A DNA stretch of 24,423 nucleotides from Bdellovibrionales bacterium (GTDB lineage: Bacteria; Bdellovibrionota; Bdellovibrionia; Bdellovibrionales; JAMPXM01). The stretch is from NCBI GenBank assembly GCA_043739185.1, contig JAYUEN010000009.1, forward strand, positions 1 to 24,423. The letters run 5' to 3'. The notes beneath the pieces are model-generated. The model was not told the DNA's origin. It made no database searches and saw only the letters and a program-made list of their open reading frames with translations. Shown piece by piece: positions 17,086 through 24,423 of this stretch. How positions within the stretch are numbered: position 1 is the first letter of the stretch; each line of letters opens with the position of its first letter. The translations under genes and the position numbers were made by a program.

Positions 17086-17584
17086 TTTGGTCGCCTCTTA
17101 TTTCTCGGTGCCCCTCGTGGTTCAATAACCACTTTTTTGCTTTCAAGCCTCCGCCAAATCCGCCTAAACCACCTGATTTTGCTATCACTCGGTGACACGG
17201 GATAATAATTCCAATTGGATTCTTGCCAATCGCGCTCCCCACCGCCCTTACGGCTTTCGGCTTTTTCAATTCAATCGCATGCTCACTGTAACTTCTCAAT
17301 TCACCCATTTTAATTTTTTTCAATTCATTCCAAACTGAAACCTGAAAACCGGTGCCATCAATTTTCATTGCTAGATTGAAAGATTTAAGCTGGCCCGCAA
17401 AATAAGCTTTAAGTTGAGACTCTGTCTTTTTAAGAATTTCTGTTTTTCGCCTCACCGCCCCTTTGAGCGCAACTTCATTTTGCGAAAAATAGAGCCCAGT
17501 CAAGTAATGATCATCTGAAGTCAATGTCAGTCGACCCACCGGCGAGTTCACCTCAATAAAATAAACTGGGTCATTTTTGTTCAT
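17078..17584 (-). CDS. ogt: Methylated-DNA--protein-cysteine methyltransferase
   Basis: SPVG, GTGFQVSVW, AVRAVGSAIGKNP, active site IPCHRVI, KKWLLNHE. Confidence 0.95.
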   Translation of the reverse strand: MNKNDPVYFIEVNSPVGRLTLTSDDHYLTGLYFSQNEVALKGAVRRKTEILKKTESQLKAYFAGQLKSFNLAMKIDGTGFQVSVWNELKKIKMGELRSYSEHAIELKKPKAVRAVGSAIGKNPIGIIIPCHRVIAKSGGLGGFGGGLKAKKWLLNHEGHREIRGDQND

Positions 17585-17587
17585 CGC

Positions 17588-18244
17588 TTAGACCTTTCCA
17601 TTCTTTAATAGTTTACAATACTTCTCAAAAACTTGATCGAATTCTCCAAGTTCCCTTACCACACTTTTTGCAAATACCTTTGAAGGCTCAACAAACAAAT
17701 CATGCATCGGCTTTACTTGTTTCAAAAATTGCTTACGTACGCCCTCAGCATCTCGGCCGCGTTCTTTTACATCGCGCTCAAGTCGCCGTTCATATCTTAA
17801 GTCTTCGGGAGTATCAAAAAACACCAGATCATCTAAGTGTTTTCGCACTTGGCTTGCATGAAAAATCAAAATCCCATCAACAATGACAACGCGCTTAGGA
17901 CTCATATGAATGCATTCGGGCTTACGAGAATGCGTAATAAAATCATAGGTAGGAATTCGCACCGAATCGCATTTTTTTAGCAATCCCAATTGCTCGCCCA
18001 GCAAATCAAAATCAATGCTTTCTGGGTGGTCAAAGTTGACCGAGCCCCCATCATAATCAAAACGCTTGGATTGATCGAAGTAAAAATTGTCTTGATAAAC
18101 AATGGCACATTCTTCGGGCCCGAGATGTTCATAAAGAGCCCTTGCAAAATAAGTTTTTCCGGAGCCGCTGCCACCTGCAACCCCCAAAATAAAAGTTTCA
18201 AATTCTTTGGATTTATCTTGTTTGATAGAGACGGTCACCGGCAT
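17588..18244 (-). CDS. udk: Uridine kinase
   Basis: GVAGGSGSGKT, QDNFY, NFDHPES, PTYDF..H.R, VDGIL, RRLERDVKERGR, VKPMH..FVEPSK. Start is uncertain (ATG 18244 overlaps upp). Confidence 0.93.
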   Translation of the reverse strand: MPVTVSIKQDKSKEFETFILGVAGGSGSGKTYFARALYEHLGPEECAIVYQDNFYFDQSKRFDYDGGSVNFDHPESIDFDLLGEQLGLLKKCDSVRIPTYDFITHSRKPECIHMSPKRVVIVDGILIFHASQVRKHLDDLVFFDTPEDLRYERRLERDVKERGRDAEGVRKQFLKQVKPMHDLFVEPSKVFAKSVVRELGEFDQVFEKYCKLLKNGKV

Positions 18245-18845
18245 CTCCCAAACCAGGCACAAGATAGCCCTGATCATTTATTTCATGTTCAATATTGACA
18301 GTAAAAATTTCGACATCGGGATGAAAATGGTGAATTTTCTTCCTGGCAAAATCGCTCAGTAAGATGGTGAGAATCTTAATCTCATTCACTTCATAACTTT
18401 TTAAGCGATCAATAGCCGCGATCATCGTATCGGCAGTTGAGACTAAAGGATCGCATAAAATCGCCATACGTCCCTTGATATCTTCGGGCATTTTAAAATA
18501 ATATTCGACCGTATTGTGAATAAATTTATCACGATAAATTCCGATGAAGCCAGCCGAGGCAAAAGGAATAACTTGCAAAACTGAATCGAGCATCGCATTT
18601 CCGGCTCGCATGACTGACACTACGACCGGAGCCTTTAAAATTCGATCGATAGTCGTTTTGCAAATTGGAGTTTCAATTTCAACTCTGGTCATTTCTTTCC
18701 AGTCGCGCATGGCCTCATAGGCTAAGAGCACACTGATTTCTTTTGTGAGGTTACGAAAATCAACAGAATTGGTTCGCTTATCACGTAAATATCCCAATTT
18801 ATGCTTGAGTAGCGGATGATCTAAAACTTTAACTTTGTCTTCCAC
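18213..18845 (-). CDS. upp: Uracil phosphoribosyltransferase (URC6-like) with an atypical PRPP loop
   Basis: HPLLKHKL..LRD, FR, YEA, MRAG, GIYRD, YYFKMP, GYLVPGLGDAGDRLY. GTG 18845 after GAGGA gives 210 aa. Confidence 0.92.
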   Translation of the reverse strand: MEDKVKVLDHPLLKHKLGYLRDKRTNSVDFRNLTKEISVLLAYEAMRDWKEMTRVEIETPICKTTIDRILKAPVVVSVMRAGNAMLDSVLQVIPFASAGFIGIYRDKFIHNTVEYYFKMPEDIKGRMAILCDPLVSTADTMIAAIDRLKSYEVNEIKILTILLSDFARKKIHHFHPDVEIFTVNIEHEINDQGYLVPGLGDAGDRLYQTR

Positions 18846-18861
18846 TTTAATTCCTCTTTCT

Positions 18862-20088
18862 TTAAAAAACAGTTCCATCACTTTGAATCATAATTGGCGG
18901 ATCACCGCCCGCACGTTTTTCTTGTGCCAAGAATCTTCCGGCCCACCATGTACCGCCTTCTAAAACTTTCGCAAGTGGAAACTCAGCCGCTGACTTTCCG
19001 AAGGCCTTTTGAATCGCACTTCCAAATTGATCTAATAAGTGAATAGTAATCGCACGCCATTCAATGATAAGATTCGAATCTGGGGTCCAAGCCCGATTCA
19101 GCTCCTCAGGTCGCACCAAACTCACCAGCCCTGAGTCGATCAATAATCCACCGTTGCGATATTCAGCAAGCCCGGTTAAGTCTTCAACTCCGGTCACTAA
19201 AAATCCGGCTTCAATAATGGGTTCGATTAAAGAATAGGTCATCCATTGCGAGAGCTTGTGAAAGGGCACCAAAGATTCAAAACTCCCACTGATCCCAAGA
19301 GCTGAATGTTGCCACACGTCTCCCAAATTAACTGCTCCTGAGTTGAGGCGGCCTGGCCAAATCGTGCCCAATCCGTCTAATACGGCTCGCAAAATGGCGG
19401 TCGCAGGTATAGTCCTTCCGTATTTCTCAGAAAGATAATCAATAATATTTCCGGGACGCCCGTCTTTAAATATTTTTTCATTGCCGAGGGCCCTGGCCAA
19501 ATTATTGAGAAGCTGCAGACGCCCTTCAACACCAATGAGAGGATTTTTTTCTGAAACCTGAAAAGCTTCATTTAAAATCGCAAGACTTAGCTTTTGTAGG
19601 CCCACTTGATCTGCGCGCAGAGATTTTCGATCCTCGCTCAAAGCTCCAGATAAAAACAAATAGAGACTGGCCACGCCCAGCCCTTCTGAGCGAGAATAGG
19701 ATTTGCCGCCTTCAGCTTCATAAAAACTCCAGTCTTTTCCGGCGCCGGCATCGAGAAGGACTGAGGTGATCACCAAATCTAATTTAATTCGTGCTTTTTC
19801 GATGGGGTCAAAAGATTTCAATTTCAAATCTAGCTTTTGGACTCGGTCGATCCCACCGACTCGAAAGTGCCCCCAGCGTGAATGAAATGGAATTTTCAAA
19901 TCAGGATAATTCTTACGAATGACCGAAATCACATATTCAACTGTCGCAGCCATTTTATCTGAGTGATACCGAAAGTGAGATTCTTTAGCTTCAACCAATT
20001 TAAAAATTTGAGCTGCGCGCTCACGAATCGCCTTGGGTGAAAGTAAAAATTCAATCTGATCGCTACTGAGCTTTATTTCCTTACTCAA
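18862..20088 (-). CDS. URC4/urg3 family protein (DUF1688)
   Basis: YP.L.IPFHSRWGHF, DL..SVLLDAGAG..W, RSEGLGVAS, NPLIGVEGR, GRPG, LGDVW, PFHKLSQWMTYSL, LTGLAEYRNGGL, EWRA, VLEGGTW.AGR, C-terminal SDGTVF. Start is probably TTG 20088 behind AAGGA (alternative ATG 20118). Confidence 0.9.
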   Translation of the reverse strand: MSKEIKLSSDQIEFLLSPKAIRERAAQIFKLVEAKESHFRYHSDKMAATVEYVISVIRKNYPDLKIPFHSRWGHFRVGGIDRVQKLDLKLKSFDPIEKARIKLDLVITSVLLDAGAGKDWSFYEAEGGKSYSRSEGLGVASLYLFLSGALSEDRKSLRADQVGLQKLSLAILNEAFQVSEKNPLIGVEGRLQLLNNLARALGNEKIFKDGRPGNIIDYLSEKYGRTIPATAILRAVLDGLGTIWPGRLNSGAVNLGDVWQHSALGISGSFESLVPFHKLSQWMTYSLIEPIIEAGFLVTGVEDLTGLAEYRNGGLLIDSGLVSLVRPEELNRAWTPDSNLIIEWRAITIHLLDQFGSAIQKAFGKSAAEFPLAKVLEGGTWWAGRFLAQEKRAGGDPPIMIQSDGTVF

Positions 20089-21337
20089 TCGCGCGTCCTT
20101 TGACTTTTGTGAGTTCATCTTTTTTGCGCGGCTTTTCTTTGGTGAAATAGCCGGCAGCTTTTTTTGCTTCCATCTCAACTTGGGCATCTTGCGGAATCAA
20201 ATCATCCGGTATTGAAATGCGGTTGACCACTTCAATTCCGCTACCCACAATCGCATCGTATTTCATATTACTCATCGAGTGCAGATTGTGAATTTTTTTA
20301 ATTCCAAAAAATTGCAAAGTATCCGGCATGAGTTCTTGAAATCTGGCATCCTCAACTCCGGCAACACACTGAGTGCGTGCAAAATAGGTGTCCGCAGTAT
20401 CACCACCAAGTTGTCTCTTGCGAGCATTGTAAACCAAGAATTTTGTGACTTCGCCAAGTGCTCGGCCCTCTTTACGATAATAAACAATAATTCCCACGCC
20501 TCCACGTTGAGCCGTGCGAGCGGCATCTTCAATTCCGTACATCAAATAAGGCCTGCAGGTACAAATATCAGAGCCAAAAACATCCGAGCCATTGCACTCA
20601 TCGTGCACGCGACAGGTGAGCTCAATTTCTGTATTATTTAAGTCCTGGGGATTTCCGAATATATAAGCAGTGGTACTTCCGATAGGAGGCAAACACACTT
20701 TGAGATCTGGTCGCGTAATCAGCTCAGGATACATTCCCCCAGTCTCTTGAAACAAAATCCTGCGCAGTTCGCCTTCATCGACATTGAGGCGTTCAGCTAT
20801 CCCTGGCAAATACCAAACGGGATCTAATGCAACTTTAGTAACCTTAATGTCTTTGTTCTCGCGAACAATTTTGCCATCAACTTTCAATCGCCCTTTTGCA
20901 ATGGCTTCTGCTAGTTCCGGAATTTGCAGATGGGCTTGCGTCACCGCAATCGTGGGTCGAACATCATAGCCCTTATCAAATAATGATTTAAAATTGATTT
21001 GAGGATCGAGTCCCCAAGGATCAATCGACACCATTTTTTTTGGATCAAACCATTGTTCATAAGGACCAATCTTAACTGGGCTTTGAGTATTATTTAAATC
21101 AGGCCTATGTGTATTCGGAAATTTTCCGCTTGCAATCGAGAGTGCACGATAGATGGTATAGCTGCCGCCGTGTGTACCAATGGCATTGCGGGCTTTTGCA
21201 TTGGTAATAGACGCCACGACTGGTCCTCGTTCCAAAGGCGTCTTAGCACCCCAGCGAATCGGCAGCGTCTCGCGATATTTTAAATTCGAGTGCGACGCTA
21301 AGATCACATGATTGGACCTTTTATTTATATCTCTCAT
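20081..21337 (-). CDS. URC1-type GTP cyclohydrolase II-like protein (N-terminal extension + GCH-II domain)
   Basis: PIRWGA..RGPVVAS, RNAIGTHGGSY.IYRAL, DVRPTIAVT.AH, PVWYLPG.A.R, RVHDECNGSDVFGSDICTCRPYL, RKEGRALGEVTKFLVYNARK, SMSNMKYDAI, AKKAAGY. Start ATG 21337 after GAGGGTG. Confidence 0.92.
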   Translation of the reverse strand: MRDINKRSNHVILASHSNLKYRETLPIRWGAKTPLERGPVVASITNAKARNAIGTHGGSYTIYRALSIASGKFPNTHRPDLNNTQSPVKIGPYEQWFDPKKMVSIDPWGLDPQINFKSLFDKGYDVRPTIAVTQAHLQIPELAEAIAKGRLKVDGKIVRENKDIKVTKVALDPVWYLPGIAERLNVDEGELRRILFQETGGMYPELITRPDLKVCLPPIGSTTAYIFGNPQDLNNTEIELTCRVHDECNGSDVFGSDICTCRPYLMYGIEDAARTAQRGGVGIIVYYRKEGRALGEVTKFLVYNARKRQLGGDTADTYFARTQCVAGVEDARFQELMPDTLQFFGIKKIHNLHSMSNMKYDAIVGSGIEVVNRISIPDDLIPQDAQVEMEAKKAAGYFTKEKPRKKDELTKVKGRAIE

Positions 21338-21382
21338 TTTCACCCTCATCTTTTTATTTTTCAGAACAATTTTCAGGTCAAA

Positions 21383-22858
21383 TTAGGACATCCAATTGGA
21401 GTCACCCTGGAGTTCCCATTTCACAGTAATTTTTTTCATATTGGACCAAAGATCTAAACTGTAAGGACCGGTTATATCACCTTGACCAAATTTCGATGCA
21501 TTTATACCGCCAAATGAAAATGGCTCGCGTGGAACCGGAACGCCAACATTAACCCCAACCATTCCCGTTGATGCCTCTCGTGACACACGATCTGCTAAAC
21601 CACCGTTACTAGTGAAAACACTGCAAGCATTGCCGTAAGCAACGCTTTTTTCAATCCTTAAGGCATGTGAAAGATCAGGGCAACGTACGATACTCAAAAT
21701 CGGACCAAACAGCTCTTCAGTACTTGCTTCGGAACCTTCTCCCACCTGATCAATGATCGTGGGTCCCAACCAATTGCCAGACTCAAAACCTCTAGGCGGG
21801 GAAGCTTTTCTTCCATCCAAAAGAATTTTTGCTCCGGCTTTTTCGGCTCTGCCTATGGCCGCCCGCAAAAACTCAACTTGTTCTTTGGTAATAATGGCGC
21901 CCATATTATTTCCGAGCTCTAAGGATTTAGCCCGCGCGAGTATTCTCTTGATGTGATGATCAACATCGCCAACGGCGAGTAAAACTGAAGCGGCCATACA
22001 TCTTTGTCCGGCACAGCCAGTAAATGAATCCGATATTCCCACTCCACTCAATTCAGGATTTGCGTCGGGCAAAAGTATAATATGATTTTTCGCCCCGCCG
22101 AGTGCTAAGACCCGCTTTCCGAGATGAGTACCTCGTTGGTATACTAGCTTTGCGATTTTGGTTGAACCCACAAAGCCAATGGCTTTTATGTGCGGATGAT
22201 CAATGATCGCTTCGACACTTGCAGACGCGCCATTCAAGACTGTGAAAACTCCATCAGGAATTCCCGCTTCTTTTAAAGCATTGGCTATTTTCATCGCCGT
22301 CAATGGAGTTTTGTCCGATGGCTTCCAGACATAGGAGTTTCCTAAAACGATGGCGATCGGAATAGTCCACATAGGTACCATTGCCGGAAAATTAAATGGG
22401 GTAATATTCGCAACTACGCCAAGAGGCTCTCTACGAAATTCACAACTGACTCCGCGAGAAACTTCGAGCTTGCCTCCAAAATCAAGATTTTGAATTGCCG
22501 TAGCATACTCTAATACTTCGATGCCTTTCATCAATCCGGCCTTCGCCTCTTCAAAAGTCTTGCCACTTTCAGCACTCTTTAAATTTGAAATCTCCGTTTG
22601 ATCGCGCAATAAAATATTTCTAAACTGAAACAGTATTTTGCTGCGTTCTTTAATTGGCAAAATGGCCCAATTTTTTTGGGCTTCATTCGCGGCATTGATA
22701 GCCCAATCAATTTGTTTAACTGACGGAATTGAATACTGACCGATTTTCTTTCCGGTCAGCGGCGAAAAAACTTCTCTTGAAGCATTTTCTCCGACGACCC
22801 ATTTCCCAGAAATGAAATTGTCGCAGCTTATACTAAATTCAGGACTATTTGTTTGCAT
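21383..22858 (-). CDS. mmsA: CoA-acylating (methyl)malonate-semialdehyde dehydrogenase
   Basis: PLGVVANITPFNFPAMVPMW, KPS, FVGST, GGAKNH, GCAGQRCMA (catalytic Cys), EELFGP, GMVGVNVGVPVPREPFSFGG: the MMSDH subfamily signature. Confidence 0.9.
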   Translation of the reverse strand: MQTNSPEFSISCDNFISGKWVVGENASREVFSPLTGKKIGQYSIPSVKQIDWAINAANEAQKNWAILPIKERSKILFQFRNILLRDQTEISNLKSAESGKTFEEAKAGLMKGIEVLEYATAIQNLDFGGKLEVSRGVSCEFRREPLGVVANITPFNFPAMVPMWTIPIAIVLGNSYVWKPSDKTPLTAMKIANALKEAGIPDGVFTVLNGASASVEAIIDHPHIKAIGFVGSTKIAKLVYQRGTHLGKRVLALGGAKNHIILLPDANPELSGVGISDSFTGCAGQRCMAASVLLAVGDVDHHIKRILARAKSLELGNNMGAIITKEQVEFLRAAIGRAEKAGAKILLDGRKASPPRGFESGNWLGPTIIDQVGEGSEASTEELFGPILSIVRCPDLSHALRIEKSVAYGNACSVFTSNGGLADRVSREASTGMVGVNVGVPVPREPFSFGGINASKFGQGDITGPYSLDLWSNMKKITVKWELQGDSNWMS

Positions 22859-22869
22859 AACTTTGAGAG

Positions 22870-22897
22870 TCTCCTAGCCTAAAGATAAGGCGGGAGA
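22870..22897 (-). promoter_or_regulatory. Hairpin overlapping the Shine-Dalgarno sequence of the first URC-operon gene
   Basis: Minus strand TCTCC-C-GCCT-TATCTTT-AGGC-TA-GGAGA, 11 nt before the ATG. Confidence 0.4.
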
Positions 22898-23206
22898 ATA
22901 GATCGATATTACAGTCAATTGCCAGTAGTTTTAAACAAAGCAAAGACGCGTTGGCGCAAAGCATCCTAATGAGATAATAAAGCGCGAAATTATCAATATT
23001 TAAAAAAGAAAAGATTTTGAAGAAAATTTCACATTGCTGAACTTCCGCATCAGACCCCGTCAAAGCTTCGATTATTTTGCTGAAATAATGAACAAATACA
23101 TGCTTCTGTTTCACTTTGAACCACATTTAAGTAAGGCAATTCAATACTTAAGAAGTTTTCTTGTGACAATCTTAACAAATTACGTTAATCGTAAAAGCTG
23201 TGGTCT

Positions 23207-23233
23207 TAAGGAAGTCGTGCTAAAATCCGATAA
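23207..23233 (+). promoter_or_regulatory. sigma28 (FliA) promoter for the XRE regulator
   Basis: TAAG-N15-TCCGATAA versus consensus TAAA-N15-GCCGATAA, 41 bp before the ATG. Confidence 0.7.
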
Positions 23234-23274
23234 ATTTCTTACGGACCATATTCATCTATGGAGAAAGAACATTT

Positions 23275-23559
23275 ATGCTTGGATATAAAAAACTTGGACT
23301 CTTTTTAAAAGAAAAACGCGTAGAAGCAGGATTAACACAACCCGCTCTTGCAGATAAATTAGGCGAAGTTCATAGCCAGTTTGTTTCGAACTGGGAGCGC
23401 GGCCTTTGTGCTCCTCCAAGCCACGCGTTTCAGCGTCTTATTTCCGTTTTAGATTTGAGCCGCGAGGAACTGGTAAGAGTTATGGTGGCAGATTATCAAT
23501 CCGAAGTTGAATACAAGGTTTACAAAAAGAAACCACGCCCACTCAAGCGCGCCCGATAA
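23275..23559 (+). CDS. XRE-family helix-turn-helix transcriptional regulator
   Basis: LKEKRVEAGLTQ..LA..LG....FVSNWERG...P. GGAG RBS. Confidence 0.9.
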   Translation: MLGYKKLGLFLKEKRVEAGLTQPALADKLGEVHSQFVSNWERGLCAPPSHAFQRLISVLDLSREELVRVMVADYQSEVEYKVYKKKPRPLKRAR

Positions 23560-23570
23560 TTAAAGTTTCC

Positions 23571-23599
23571 AAAGCCTTCACCAGATGAAGGCTTTTTTA
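23571..23599. terminator. Bidirectional Rho-independent terminator
   Basis: AAAGCCTTCA-CCAGA-TGAAGGCTTT plus a T tract, between convergent genes. Confidence 0.85.
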
Positions 23600-24421
23600 T
23601 TTTTTAAGATCTTCTAGATTCAATCGCCTTAAACTTGGCGATGCGATCGCGACCACCGAAACCGTAATGAGACAAATAACTCCGCCTAAGACGGCAGCAG
23701 GGACAGTTCCAAATAAGCGCGCTGCGATTCCTGATTCAAATTCACCAAGTTCATTTGAAGAGCCAATGAACATTGAGTTCACTGCAGAAATCTTTCCTCG
23801 CATGGAATCTGGCGAGGCAAGTTGCACAGCGGCCGAACGAATAATCATACTGACACTATCAAAGGCGCCACTCGCAGCAAGTGCTGCTAGAGATAAAATA
23901 TAGTTTTGGCTGAGTGCAAATACCAAAATACAAACTCCAAATCCCGCAACGACGATGAGTAAATATTGTCCGGCCCGTTCTCGAATTTCAACCTTTGTAA
24001 GCCAAAAACTAATGAGTGCGGCGCCGAAAGCAGGAGACGCTCTTAAAAGACCAAGCCCCAAGGGACCAACCATTAAAATTTGCGCGGCATAGATCGGCAA
24101 AAGTGAGGTCACGCCGCCAAAAAGAACTGAAATCATATCTAGTGAAAGTGCAGAAAATAAAATCGGATGTCCAAATACAAATTTAGCACCTGATAAAAAC
24201 TCCTCTTTTTTTGAGGCGTGAATTTTAGTATGTGTTAAAGCTGGCAAGTGAATGCGAATCGAAAGCAATGCCGAAAGTGCTGCAATCAACATCATACACA
24301 ATAACAAGGTCGCGCCTGAAATACCAATCATACCATAGCATAGGCCTCCGAGAGCCGGTCCTGATATGCGCGCGATTTGCATTGCCGAGCTCATCCAAGC
24401 TGAAGCTTTAGATAAATTTTC
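23597..24421 (-). CDS. MFS transporter (EntS/MFS_3-like); 5' end lies beyond the window
   Basis: Frame is open to the window edge (..ASAWMSSAMQIARISGPALGG). LDMISVLFGG..LLPIYA, GLLRASPA, PD.MRGKISAVNSMFIGSSNELGEFESG. Confidence 0.92.
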   Translation of the reverse strand, partial: ENLSKASAWMSSAMQIARISGPALGGLCYGMIGISGATLLLCMMLIAALSALLSIRIHLPALTHTKIHASKKEEFLSGAKFVFGHPILFSALSLDMISVLFGGVTSLLPIYAAQILMVGPLGLGLLRASPAFGAALISFWLTKVEIRERAGQYLLIVVAGFGVCILVFALSQNYILSLAALAASGAFDSVSMIIRSAAVQLASPDSMRGKISAVNSMFIGSSNELGEFESGIAARLFGTVPAAVLGGVICLITVSVVAIASPSLRRLNLEDLKK

Positions 24422-24423
24422 TC

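Noticed and set aside
18213..18845. Calling the deviant UPRT a PyrR attenuator protein
   Set aside because: The sequence has upp-type motifs (HPL, RAG, YY.K.P, PGLGDAGDR), not PyrR-type ones.
20081..21349. Calling the GCH-II-like gene ribA (riboflavin synthesis)
   Set aside because: It has a long URC1-type N-terminal domain, sits next to DUF1688 and upp, and no rib genes are nearby.
22845..23288. Two ORFs (22845-23126 minus, 23034-23288 plus) in the divergent intergenic region
   Set aside because: AT-rich promoter DNA, weak starts, overlap with flanking genes, no protein-like motifs.
1728..23903. Other short ORFs in the track nested in or antisense to the called genes (e.g. 1728-2054, 5638-5979, 13337-13627, 15447-15674, 20279-20641, 23667-23903)
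   Set aside because: Shadow ORFs of well-supported genes or of the PT repeat, with no independent RBS or motif evidence.

Overview
Chromosomal window with no recognisable mobile element, tRNA, rRNA or CRISPR array. It probably comes from a Bdellovibrionota (Bdellovibrio-like) bacterium; this is inferred from an FQNC-type lipoprotein, the lytic transglycosylase type, many orphan secreted proteins and many sigma54/sigma28 promoters. (1) 1-6860 is a sigma54 two-component locus: a soluble NifL-like PAS kinase, an NtrC-family activator, two CBS-pair proteins, a degenerate hemerythrin-like protein and a beta-CASP nuclease. It has four -24/-12 promoters and a recurring GAGCCA-N3-TGTCTC palindrome. 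(2) 7017-16299 holds orphan secreted proteins, a divergent squalene-synthase-like / fatty-acid cis-trans isomerase pair, a frameshifted lytic transglycosylase and one of two copies of a dispersed intergenic repeat (the other is at ~4.7-4.9 kb). (3) 16377-22858 is a minus-strand operon: mmsA-like ALDH, URC1, URC4, upp, udk, ogt, an outer-membrane protein and a YHS protein. It looks like a bacterial version of the yeast URC uracil-degradation pathway, with a CoA-acylating dehydrogenase as the likely last step. This is the most notable system here. (4) An XRE regulator with a FliA-type promoter and a partial MFS transporter end the window. All calls come from manual motif recognition; no searches were run.
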